Virus record (IMG/VR): IMGVR_UViG_3300042868_001476
Span: 1-35,183 of that record
DNA length: 35,183 nt
Strand: one strand, 5' to 3'
Source: a virus
Taxonomy: Duplodnaviria; Caudoviricetes
Positions 8,673 to 17,580 of this stretch are shown here, in pieces. How positions within the stretch are numbered: the first letter of the stretch is position 1; each line of letters starts with the position of its first letter. The position numbers and the translations under genes were made by a program. The notes below the pieces were generated by a model that made no database searches, was not told the origin of the DNA, and saw nothing but the letters and a program-made list of their open reading frames with translations.

Positions 8673-10644
8673 TAATATTATCACAGTTAAATTCGCACAA
8701 GCGGAGCAACCTAGATTTGAAGAAAAGAAAGGTAAAGGGTATATTGAATTTGGTATTAATAATAATTACCCTGATTATTTGATAGGGTTATATAACGAAA
8801 GTCCTAAACATGGTGCTATTATTAAAAGCAAAACAAATTACATATTCGGTCAGGGTTGGGATGGTATTGAACAGAAGGCAAATACTAAGGGCGAAACTTG
8901 GAATCAGGTAACAAAGAAATGTATTTTAGACGATGAACTTTTTGGTGGTTATTATTTACAAGTTATTTATAATTTATTAGGTGAGATTAAGGATGTGTAT
9001 CACCTTGAATATCATAAAGTTAGAATCAATAAAGAAAAGAATGAATTTCAAGTAAAAAATGATTGGTCAGATAATAAAGAAACACCTAGAATATACCCTG
9101 CTTTTAATATCGCTGACCCTGTTGCAAGTCAAATTTTATTTGTAAAACAATACAATCCTAAGTCAGATTATTATCCACTTCCTAATTATTATCAGGGATT
9201 AAATTACATCGAAAGTGATGTACAAGTTAGCCGACATATTTTAGGTAATGCAAAGGATGGTTTTGTAGCTACAACATTAATTAATTTAAATGGTGGTGAA
9301 CCAGCAGAGGAAGCAAAAGAAGCAGTTGAAAGAGGAATAAAAAAGAAGTTTACAGGCAGTGAGGGAGATAGAGTTGTAATAATGTTTAACAAATCAAAAG
9401 ATAATAGTGCTGAAATATTGCCATTATCTTCTACGATGTTAACAAAGGAAGATTTTACAAATGTTAATAATTTAATTCAGCAAGAAATATTTGCCTGTCA
9501 TCAGGTTACTTCACCGAGTTTATTCGGCATTAAGACAGAAGGCCAGCTTGGCGGTTCAACAGAGATAAGAGACGCTTACAAGATATTTGCCAATACTTAT
9601 GTAAACGAAAGGCAGCAAGCAATTGAGGAAGTATTTAATCAGTTGTTTAATTATGTAGGTATTAATGGTGAATATGAATTAATACCAGTTGAACCATTAA
9701 GTTTTGAATTTAGCGAAGGGGTAATGGCTGCTAATATGACAAGGGATGAGATAAGGGAAAAACTAGGCTTAGCTTCTGAAGTTATTGCACCATCAATTAA
9801 TCCTACTGATAATCCAACAGGTCAACCAATAGCAGCATCAAACGATTCTATTAAAAACCTTACAGGCAGACAGTACCAAAATGTAATGCGAATTGTTAGG
9901 CAGTTCACAAATGGAAAACTTACTAAAGAACAGGCTGCTTTAATGTTAAAGAATGGATTTTCTTTTACTGATAGTGATGTTAATACTTTTTTAGGTTTAG
10001 ATTCTGACCCTTCGACATTTAGTGCCGTTAATAAAGAAACTGAATTGCTAGAAATGTTTGAAAAGTTCAGCGAAAGTTTAGATGATTATGATGTAATTGC
10101 AGAAAAATCACCTAAAGAGTTTAATCACTTTGCAGAGGAAGTTAGTTTAAGCCAATTAGAGGCTGAAATTTTGAACTTAATTAGTAAAGATAAGAGAATT
10201 ACCAGCGAAACAATTTCAAGCGTTCTAAAGCAGGATATTAAGGTAGTAGAGGCATCATTAAAAAGCCTAGTTGAAAAGAATGTTTTAGTATCTAAGGAAA
10301 TAAAGGTTGGTCAAGATACTATCATTGAAAGAAAGAAAACGGATATAAAACTAGATAAGCCAAAGACAATAACTTTGTCGGTTGCTTACACCTATGACTG
10401 GAGAACAGATGTTGTTATCCCTGCAAATGAAAGAGATTCAACGGAGCATCCATCGAGACCGTTTTGTGTTAAAATGATGCAACTTGCAAAAACAAGATTA
10501 TGGAGTAGTGCTAACATTCAACAAATGAGTGTTGTATTAGGTTATTCAGTATTTGACAGGGTTGGTGGATTTTGGAATAATGGAGGTGATATTGAAACAC
10601 AATGCAGACACCAATGGAAACCAGTAATAATTAAAAAGAAATAA
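8662..10644 (+). CDS. Portal protein with C-terminal extension (wHTH-like plus Cys/His domain)
   Basis: FG.NNNYPDYLI.LYN.SP.H.AII, YYPLP.Y, IFACHQVTSPSLFGI..GQLG motifs of Bacteroidota phage portals. ATG 8662 preferred over the in-frame upstream start at 8578. Confidence 0.85.
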   Translation: MNYNNIITVKFAQAEQPRFEEKKGKGYIEFGINNNYPDYLIGLYNESPKHGAIIKSKTNYIFGQGWDGIEQKANTKGETWNQVTKKCILDDELFGGYYLQVIYNLLGEIKDVYHLEYHKVRINKEKNEFQVKNDWSDNKETPRIYPAFNIADPVASQILFVKQYNPKSDYYPLPNYYQGLNYIESDVQVSRHILGNAKDGFVATTLINLNGGEPAEEAKEAVERGIKKKFTGSEGDRVVIMFNKSKDNSAEILPLSSTMLTKEDFTNVNNLIQQEIFACHQVTSPSLFGIKTEGQLGGSTEIRDAYKIFANTYVNERQQAIEEVFNQLFNYVGINGEYELIPVEPLSFEFSEGVMAANMTRDEIREKLGLASEVIAPSINPTDNPTGQPIAASNDSIKNLTGRQYQNVMRIVRQFTNGKLTKEQAALMLKNGFSFTDSDVNTFLGLDSDPSTFSAVNKETELLEMFEKFSESLDDYDVIAEKSPKEFNHFAEEVSLSQLEAEILNLISKDKRITSETISSVLKQDIKVVEASLKSLVEKNVLVSKEIKVGQDTIIERKKTDIKLDKPKTITLSVAYTYDWRTDVVIPANERDSTEHPSRPFCVKMMQLAKTRLWSSANIQQMSVVLGYSVFDRVGGFWNNGGDIETQCRHQWKPVIIKKK

Positions 10645-11430
10645 ATGAGCGCAAATATATTATTCATATCGGAAAGTTTAATTAAAAGCAGAACAGGAAT
10701 AAGTGATGCTATTGATGGCAAACAATTAAAGCCACACATTAAAGTTGCACAGGATTTATATTTGCAGCCTGCATTGGGTTCAACTTTATATCTTCGTTTG
10801 CAGTCAGGTATAGAAGCTGCTAACCTTTCTAATTTAGAAAAAGTATTATTGGATAGTTATATTACCGACTGTTTAGTATGGTACACAATGAGTCTTTTGC
10901 CTTTTGGATTGGGTTATCAGTTTTTTAGTAAAGGAATATTGCAAAAGACAAGTGAAGAAAGCAACGCACCAAGCAGAGCAGATTTAGAATTGATAGGTAA
11001 CGAATATAAAAAGACTGCTGAATTTTATAAGCAAAGATTAATTAATTATTTAAGGGAGAATTACTTATTATATTCTCAATATTTTAATCCTGCAACTGGG
11101 TTGGATGTTATTTTTCCCGAATTAAAAGCATATACAAGTCCAATTTATTTAGGTAATGTAGTTGATGGTGTAAGGGTGTTTTCTAATAATGCAACTACTG
11201 ATGGCGCAACAACTATTTATCATACACCAGCAGCAGGGGATAATAGTTTTTCAGTTGGTGGATTGACTAATAAAGTGGTATTAATTGCAACAAGGTCAGG
11301 GCTAGTTAAAGGAATTACTAATTTACCTACTGCAAATCCAATGTATTTACAAATTGTTAATAATGTAGTTACATTATCTACTGGAGATGTAACACAAGCA
11401 GCCGAAATATTTACATTCACAATAAGATAA
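10645..11430 (+). CDS. Head-tail adaptor/connector with C-terminal beta extension
   Basis: LFISE..IK, I.VAQD.YLQPALG.TLY motifs; directly follows the portal gene. Confidence 0.6.
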   Translation: MSANILFISESLIKSRTGISDAIDGKQLKPHIKVAQDLYLQPALGSTLYLRLQSGIEAANLSNLEKVLLDSYITDCLVWYTMSLLPFGLGYQFFSKGILQKTSEESNAPSRADLELIGNEYKKTAEFYKQRLINYLRENYLLYSQYFNPATGLDVIFPELKAYTSPIYLGNVVDGVRVFSNNATTDGATTIYHTPAAGDNSFSVGGLTNKVVLIATRSGLVKGITNLPTANPMYLQIVNNVVTLSTGDVTQAAEIFTFTIR

Positions 11431-11474
11431 AATTATGGCTTATAAAAAAGCATTAATTCAAAAAGTATTATTTC

Positions 11475-11906
11475 ATGACTTACAACCAATTAATAACAAC
11501 AATAACAAGCCTATTGCAAAGCCATGCAATGATAGAGACGGCAAAGCACACAACCCCAAAAGAATGGTTGCTAAGAGATGAGCAGCCAATTTATCCAATA
11601 GCTTGCTTTTCTGTTAATTCGGGAACTATGAATATAGGCAGGGAACAAGTGTTTTCTGTTCAATTTTTCTTTTTAGATAAAAGCGGAAAGGAAGCAGAAT
11701 TTGAAAACGATGTTATAAGCGACCAAATACAAACAGGGTCGGATATTTTAAGCCTAATGAGAACAGGCAGGAACAGTTATTCAATAGATGATAACGTTTC
11801 TTTTAATGCAATATCTGATAAGTACGAAGATTATTTAGCAGGGATAGAATACACAATTAACATTTCAACACAAAACGAATTTACAGGATGCAACGTGCCA
11901 TTATAA
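11475..11906 (+). CDS. Tail terminator/completion protein
   Basis: 143 aa; acidic alpha/beta pattern, position, and C-terminal C.VP. Confidence 0.5.
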   Translation: MTYNQLITTITSLLQSHAMIETAKHTTPKEWLLRDEQPIYPIACFSVNSGTMNIGREQVFSVQFFFLDKSGKEAEFENDVISDQIQTGSDILSLMRTGRNSYSIDDNVSFNAISDKYEDYLAGIEYTINISTQNEFTGCNVPL

Positions 11907-14900
11907 TAGTTTTATTATTTTTATCTTTTGGATTAAAAGCACAGGTTTACCAAGCTATGCCGCAGGCTGGATATGGCCCTGTAAAAAGATTTCTTACTGA
12001 TAGTGTTTTGACTATTCCAACAGGTATAAATTCTTTAAGAAATATTACTGGTGGAAGGGATGCAGGGCAGATAAGATGGAATACAACTGATAGTAGTTTG
12101 TATATGTATAGTGGTTCACAATGGATTAAAATAAATACAGATACAAGTTCGTTAAATAATAAGATTAATGGTAAATTAAATATAAGTGATACGGCTGCCA
12201 TGCTTGCCACTTATTTAAATGCAAGTGATACTATCAGCCTTTCAAATAGAATAAATTTAAGGGTTAAATATTCAGATACTGCATCGATGCTTTTACCATA
12301 TTTACGAAAGTTAGATACTGCAAGTTTGTCGGATAGGATTAATAAAAAAATGGATAGTTTAATATTAACTACCATTGGCACAGGTGGATTGGCAACTTTG
12401 TTAGGAACTACTTTAAACATCCCTAATTATGGTGGTGCTTTAACTGGATATGTACCATATTCAAATGCAACAAATAACGTTACATTAGGAAGTTATAATT
12501 TAACAGGAACTTTATTAAATGCAGATTATGCTTTACAGGTAAAAAATGGTGTTGGTGCTTATGGTAATTCTACTGTGAATTATACTGCAATTACTTCAGA
12601 TAATGGAAGTTTTAATTTTTTTACCAATTGGATGTCGGGACCAACAACCTTTTCAAAGGGGGCGGCTTTCGTATATCCTACAAGCGGTACAACTTTTCAA
12701 TATTTATTACCTATCCGAAATGGCACTTTAGCATTGGTAGAAGATACGGTAAGTTTATCAAATAGAATCAATGCGAAATTAGCAATAACGGACACAGTTT
12801 CTTTGAGTAATAGAATAAATTTAAAAGTAAATATTTCAGATACTGCTTCAATGCTTTTGCCATATTTAAGGAAAGCAGATACAAGTTCTTTAAGTAACAG
12901 AATTAATTTAAAATTAAATGCTAGTGACACGGCAAGCCTTTCAAATAGAATTAATCTAAAATTAAATATTAGTGATACATCTAGTATGCTATCTAATTAC
13001 CAAAGTGCTATAAATGCTCGTGTTAAATATACCGATACTGCGGCAATGTTAGACCCCTATTTAACCGCTGCGGTAACAAGTGTAGGGTTATCAATGCCAG
13101 TTGCTTTTAACGTCTCTAATAGCCCTGTAACAAGCACAGGAACGATTGCAGTAACAGGAGCAGGAACGGCGGCACAATATATTCGTGGTGATGGTCAATT
13201 GGCTACTTTGCCATCAGGCGCAAGCGGTGGTTCTTCGGTTGATTATTATTTAAATGGGGGTACAAGTCAGGGAACTATTGGCGGAAGTACTTATTATGAA
13301 ATGAGTAAAATTCCAGTTATAGGAACTGGTGCAGATTTTAACAGAACTAATGCACAAGGCAACGGATTAATTGCTCAATTTATTACCGATTCTTTAGACC
13401 CGAATAGAACTGAAATACCAGCAGGGGCATGGAATTTTGAAATGTTTTTTAGTGCTTCTTCAAGTGGTGGGTTGCCGACTTATTATATAGAGTTATTAAA
13501 ATACGATGGAACTAATTTCACAACAATTGCAAGCGGTTCGGCAAATCCCGAAGGAATAACAAGTGGAACAACTATTGATTTATATTTAACTTCTTTAGCA
13601 GTTCCATTTACTGCATTATCTATAACGGATAGATTAGTGGTAAGAGTTTACGTTACTACTTCAGGTAAGACAATTACACTACATACTCAAAACGGACATC
13701 TTTGTTTAATTACAACAAGTTTTGCAGGTGGTGTAACATCGTTAAATGGGTTGGCTGCAAATACTCAATATTTGGCCGTTGATACGGTAGGAAGTGATTT
13801 TAATATTAACAGTTTAGTTGATACACATACTTTTAATTTACCGACTGCAAGCGCAACAAAACGAGGTGCTTTAAAGTCTGCGGATTGGTCAACGTTTAAT
13901 GGTAAAATGAATTATGCAGATACTGTAAGTTTATCAAACCGTATAAACACAAAATTAAATAGCGCAGACACTGCTTCGCTATCAAATCGTATTAATACAA
14001 AAGCAGATGCATTAAGTGGAACAACAAACACAATACCTAAATTTACTTCAGGAACTACAATAGGAAATAGTAATATAAAAGATGATGGAAATATAGTTAC
14101 GGTAAACGCAACTGCTGGCAGTTTTGGTGCTTTGCAAGTTGGTAATTATAATGGTAATATTTTAATGAATACTACTAGCACAAGTGCAGGTTTAATATTT
14201 CAAAATACATCATCTAGTAATAAATTATGGGATATAAGCAGTGTTGGAAATGATCTTGCATTTGATGAGTCAAATGTACTAGGAGCATCACCTAGAATGT
14301 ATTTTCAAGCAGGTGGAAATGTTGGGATTAATACAATTACACCAGCAAATACATTAGAAGTGAATGGAACTTTTAAGTCGGTAGGTATTGCGACATTTGG
14401 CAGCACATTATCTAACGGAACTTATACCTATACTCTGCCATCAGGCACAGGTACATTAGCGCTTTCAAGTGCTTTTGATACTACTTCATTATCTAACCGA
14501 ATAAATTTAAAATTAAATAGTGCAGATACTGCTTCTATGCTTAGCAGTTACCAAAGCGCAATTAATTCTAAGCAACCACAATTAAGCGGAACAGGTTTTG
14601 TAAAGGCAAGTGGCACTACAATTAGTTATGATAATAGTACTTATTATCTAGCTTCTAATCCAAATGGATATACAAGCAATACAGGAACGGTTACAAGCAT
14701 AGCAACAGGATTAGGATTAAGCGGTGGTACAATTACAACAAGCGGAACGTTATTAGTAGATACTGCTTCTGCATCAATTCTTAGCAGACAAAGAGCAGCG
14801 AATACCTATGCAACTACATCAGCATTAAGTGGATATTTACCATTAACAGGTGGCACACTTACAGGTGCTTTGGGTGGGACAAGTGCAAGTTTTTCAAGTA

Positions 14901-16156
14901 GTGTAACGGCTGCAAGTGGAATTTTTACTGATGGTAATCAAGGTTTAATTGTTAGACCATATACCTTTGCAGGTGTTGGTACAGGTGCGATTTATTTATT
15001 TGGAGTTACACCTACGAATCAAAATTACTTATTTGCAGCTTCATCAACAGGTACAAGTATTAATACCTTTACAGGAGGCAGTATAAATTTTAGCATAAAT
15101 GGACAGAATCCATCTATGATATTAAATTCATCAGGCAATGTAGGAATAGGAACTACAAGTCCTACTGAGAAACTTGAAGTTGTAAGAACTACTGGTGCTG
15201 GTGCATATATTAAAATACAAGATACAGGTGGTAGTAATTACATAGGAACAGAAAGTGGTAATTTTGTATTTTTAAATGGCTCTGCTTCAGAGAAAATGCG
15301 TATTACAAGTGGGGGAGGTGTAGCAATAAATACCATAGAAAGTGTAGCAAAATTAGATGTAGCATCTTCATTGGCAAAAACAAGTACAACATTTGCAAGG
15401 ATTGCATCCTTTAGAACAAATGAGGCATTGGCTTCATATCCACTTGAGTTATCTATTGCACAAAGAGGGGCTACTCAAAATATTGAATTACAAGCAGGGC
15501 ATTATGGATTAGACTTTTCCGCAAATATTGTACTTCAAAGAGATGGGGGCAATGTACTAATCGGAACAGGAACAGATAACGGAAGCGTGGCGAAATTGCA
15601 AGTGGCTGGGGATGTATTTTCATCAAGTACTACCTCTCAATTAATTTTGAATAATACTACCGCAACTACGGGAAGCAGATGGAATATAATATCAAATGCG
15701 AGTAACGGATATTTTTATATTCAAAATCATATAAGTGGGAATGCTTTATTTATTAATAATAGTACAAAAGCAATTACTATTGAAAATTTAGCTGGTACAG
15801 GCTCAAGAGCAGTTTTAGCAGATGCAAATGGTACTTTATCTGCTCCTGTTTCAGATAGTAGCGTAAAACAAAACATTCAGCCATTAGATTATGGTATAGC
15901 TGATATAATGAAATTAAAGCCTGTTTCATTTCAATACAAAAAATCTTATAAAAACTACGGACAAGAAAAGCAGATAGGAAACATTGCACAAGATATGGCA
16001 AAGGTAATTCCAGAAGCAGTTTTTACTACACCATCAACAGGAAAGATGGGTATTAATTACGACCAATTAAATGGGGTTTATATTAAGGCATTGCAAGAAT
16101 TACAAGAACAAATAAATATTTTAAAATTAGAAATTCAAACTTTAAAAAACAAATGA
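11888..16156 (+). CDS. Long fibre protein with N-terminal signal peptide and C-terminal S74 intramolecular chaperone
   Basis: Gly/Ser/Thr-rich; GNVGIGTTSP repeats; YLPLTGGTLTG; C-terminal SDSSVKQNI...IGNIAQD...YDQL plus coiled coil; N-terminus MQRAIIIVLLFLSFGLKA|Q. Confidence 0.85.
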   Translation: MQRAIIIVLLFLSFGLKAQVYQAMPQAGYGPVKRFLTDSVLTIPTGINSLRNITGGRDAGQIRWNTTDSSLYMYSGSQWIKINTDTSSLNNKINGKLNISDTAAMLATYLNASDTISLSNRINLRVKYSDTASMLLPYLRKLDTASLSDRINKKMDSLILTTIGTGGLATLLGTTLNIPNYGGALTGYVPYSNATNNVTLGSYNLTGTLLNADYALQVKNGVGAYGNSTVNYTAITSDNGSFNFFTNWMSGPTTFSKGAAFVYPTSGTTFQYLLPIRNGTLALVEDTVSLSNRINAKLAITDTVSLSNRINLKVNISDTASMLLPYLRKADTSSLSNRINLKLNASDTASLSNRINLKLNISDTSSMLSNYQSAINARVKYTDTAAMLDPYLTAAVTSVGLSMPVAFNVSNSPVTSTGTIAVTGAGTAAQYIRGDGQLATLPSGASGGSSVDYYLNGGTSQGTIGGSTYYEMSKIPVIGTGADFNRTNAQGNGLIAQFITDSLDPNRTEIPAGAWNFEMFFSASSSGGLPTYYIELLKYDGTNFTTIASGSANPEGITSGTTIDLYLTSLAVPFTALSITDRLVVRVYVTTSGKTITLHTQNGHLCLITTSFAGGVTSLNGLAANTQYLAVDTVGSDFNINSLVDTHTFNLPTASATKRGALKSADWSTFNGKMNYADTVSLSNRINTKLNSADTASLSNRINTKADALSGTTNTIPKFTSGTTIGNSNIKDDGNIVTVNATAGSFGALQVGNYNGNILMNTTSTSAGLIFQNTSSSNKLWDISSVGNDLAFDESNVLGASPRMYFQAGGNVGINTITPANTLEVNGTFKSVGIATFGSTLSNGTYTYTLPSGTGTLALSSAFDTTSLSNRINLKLNSADTASMLSSYQSAINSKQPQLSGTGFVKASGTTISYDNSTYYLASNPNGYTSNTGTVTSIATGLGLSGGTITTSGTLLVDTASASILSRQRAANTYATTSALSGYLPLTGGTLTGALGGTSASFSSSVTAASGIFTDGNQGLIVRPYTFAGVGTGAIYLFGVTPTNQNYLFAASSTGTSINTFTGGSINFSINGQNPSMILNSSGNVGIGTTSPTEKLEVVRTTGAGAYIKIQDTGGSNYIGTESGNFVFLNGSASEKMRITSGGGVAINTIESVAKLDVASSLAKTSTTFARIASFRTNEALASYPLELSIAQRGATQNIELQAGHYGLDFSANIVLQRDGGNVLIGTGTDNGSVAKLQVAGDVFSSSTTSQLILNNTTATTGSRWNIISNASNGYFYIQNHISGNALFINNSTKAITIENLAGTGSRAVLADANGTLSAPVSDSSVKQNIQPLDYGIADIMKLKPVSFQYKKSYKNYGQEKQIGNIAQDMAKVIPEAVFTTPSTGKMGINYDQLNGVYIKALQELQEQINILKLEIQTLKNK
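12140..14570 (+). repeat. Four clusters of DTxSLSNRIN / DTxxML peptide repeats within the fibre
   Basis: About 10 DTxSL(S/N)xxIN and 6 DT(A/S)(S/A)ML units near 12140-12350, 12743-13050, 13919-14010 and 14478-14570; copies use different synonymous codons. Confidence 0.9.
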
Positions 16157-16374
16157 AAAAAACAATCACAACCCTAGCATTGGCATTAAGTATGTCAGCA
16201 GCATTTGCCCAAGTATCTGACACATTAATTGTAAAGATGGACACAACCACTTTTAAAAATGTAATTGCAATAATACAAAAGCAATTAGATAGCAAAGCGG
16301 CAAGTGATTACATTTTGCAAGCATTGAGTAAATATGAGTTAATCGCAACAAAGCCTAAAGAAATAAAAAAGTAA
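16153..16374 (+). CDS. Small exported protein (signal peptide), fibre-associated
   Basis: MKKTITTLALALSMSAAFA|Q; ATGA overlap with the fibre gene. Confidence 0.75.
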   Translation: MKKTITTLALALSMSAAFAQVSDTLIVKMDTTTFKNVIAIIQKQLDSKAASDYILQALSKYELIATKPKEIKK

Positions 16375-16376
16375 AT

Positions 16377-16751
16377 ATGAAAAAAATAATATTATCAGTT
16401 TTAGTGTTGGCATCATTGTCAACGAAAGCGCAAATGTTTAGAAATGGTGGCGATACTGCTATAATTGGAAACGATACTATCTACTATCAAAAGGGTGGCA
16501 TCTTAATTAAGCCAGTTATTGTTAACTATCAAGGCCAATCAGCTTGGTCATTAAGTTGGACTGCCAACAACCTATCAAGTAACGGAGAAGGATGTAATAC
16601 CTATGTAACTTTAAGGGGTAAGAATAACCAACAGTTAGCTGATTTTAATTGCTATATTCCTGCTTCAGTAGTTGCAGTTTGGGGCATTTCAAATTCTCCG
16701 ATTGATTCGGTGATCCTATCTCAATATCCAAGATTTGTAAAAAAAGACTAA
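16377..16751 (+). CDS. Exported protein (signal peptide), putative fibre tip/assembly factor
   Basis: MKKIILSVLVLASLSTKA|Q; beta-rich mature part with two Cys. Confidence 0.75.
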   Translation: MKKIILSVLVLASLSTKAQMFRNGGDTAIIGNDTIYYQKGGILIKPVIVNYQGQSAWSLSWTANNLSSNGEGCNTYVTLRGKNNQQLADFNCYIPASVVAVWGISNSPIDSVILSQYPRFVKKD

Positions 16752-16909
16752 TGAACTGGCACGATTACAAAATATACATATTGAATGGGGTTGCGTTGTC
16801 CGTTTCTCTTACAAGTATTGAAACCTATTTACGCATTTCATTATTGGTCCTTTCAATAGCATACACAATTTTTAAACTTTTAAAAAATGATAAAAATGAA
16901 AAATCTTAA
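16751..16909 (+). CDS. Small membrane protein, holin/antiholin-like (not in ORF track)
   Basis: MNWHDYKIYILNGVALSVSLTSIETYLRISLLVLSIAYTIFKLLKNDKNEKS; TAATG coupling; hydrophobic segments and a basic tail. Confidence 0.65.
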   Translation: MNWHDYKIYILNGVALSVSLTSIETYLRISLLVLSIAYTIFKLLKNDKNEKS

Positions 16910-17078
16910 AACAAGTTTGGCAGGTCTTTTGGCTGGTATGCCCTTTGTGATTGATGCGCTTATGCAAGCCTATACGGCTGGTTCTTTTACCAACAAAAGC
17001 GGTCTACAATTAGTTGCAGCTATCGGGGTGGTTCTTTTAGGATTGTATTCTAAAGACCATGATGTTAAGGGTATTTAG
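16887..17078 (+). CDS. Holin-like protein (2 TM)
   Basis: MKNLKTSLAG...GLYSKD pattern; two hydrophobic helices; second ATG at 16896. Confidence 0.65.
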   Translation: MIKMKNLKTSLAGLLAGMPFVIDALMQAYTAGSFTNKSGLQLVAAIGVVLLGLYSKDHDVKGI

Positions 17079-17571
17079 TTGGTTGGTAGCAGTTTCCTTA
17101 TTAGGAGGCTGTTACACCCAATCTAAGGCGGTAAAACAAGTTAACAAGGCATTGGGTAGCTATCCACAAATAGTGGCTAGAATCGCCTTAGATTCATTCC
17201 CTTGTGATGTTATCCGTATTGATACGATTATATCTGTAAGAGATTCGATAGTAGAATGTGAACCAGTAGAAAACTTTACAACCCTGTCCCAAATAGATAC
17301 AATATATGGGACGAAAAAAGTATTTGTAAAGTTACCTATTAAGACAACTTACATTACCAAAGTGGTTGAATCAACTGCAAAGCTAACCATCATTAATGCT
17401 CAATTAGATTCGGTTAACAATGTAATTCGCGAATTGCAAAAGTCAAAGGATGAATTAAGCGGTAAAGTTGAAAGAAAAAATAAAGTTATTTGGTGGCTTA
17501 TTGGTCTTTTATTATTATTGTCAATTCCTTTAGTTATCCGCATTTTTAAAATGTTATCAATAAATATATAG
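17059..17571 (+). CDS. Unimolecular spanin candidate
   Basis: N-terminal lipobox LLGG|C, coiled coil, C-terminal TM (VIWWLIGLLLLLSIPLVI); lies between holin and endolysin genes. Confidence 0.7.
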   Translation: MMLRVFSWLVAVSLLGGCYTQSKAVKQVNKALGSYPQIVARIALDSFPCDVIRIDTIISVRDSIVECEPVENFTTLSQIDTIYGTKKVFVKLPIKTTYITKVVESTAKLTIINAQLDSVNNVIRELQKSKDELSGKVERKNKVIWWLIGLLLLLSIPLVIRIFKMLSINI

Positions 17572-17580
17572 TTTTACAAT

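Noticed and set aside
11435-11581. 48-aa ORF MAYKKALIQKVLFHDLQ... with good start context
   Set aside because: Mostly overlaps 11475..11906 out of frame and has a low-complexity tail; cannot be supported, though not excluded.
11888-16156. Diversity-generating retroelement acting on the fibre
   Set aside because: No reverse transcriptase and no template/variable repeat pair with adenine-specific differences was seen.
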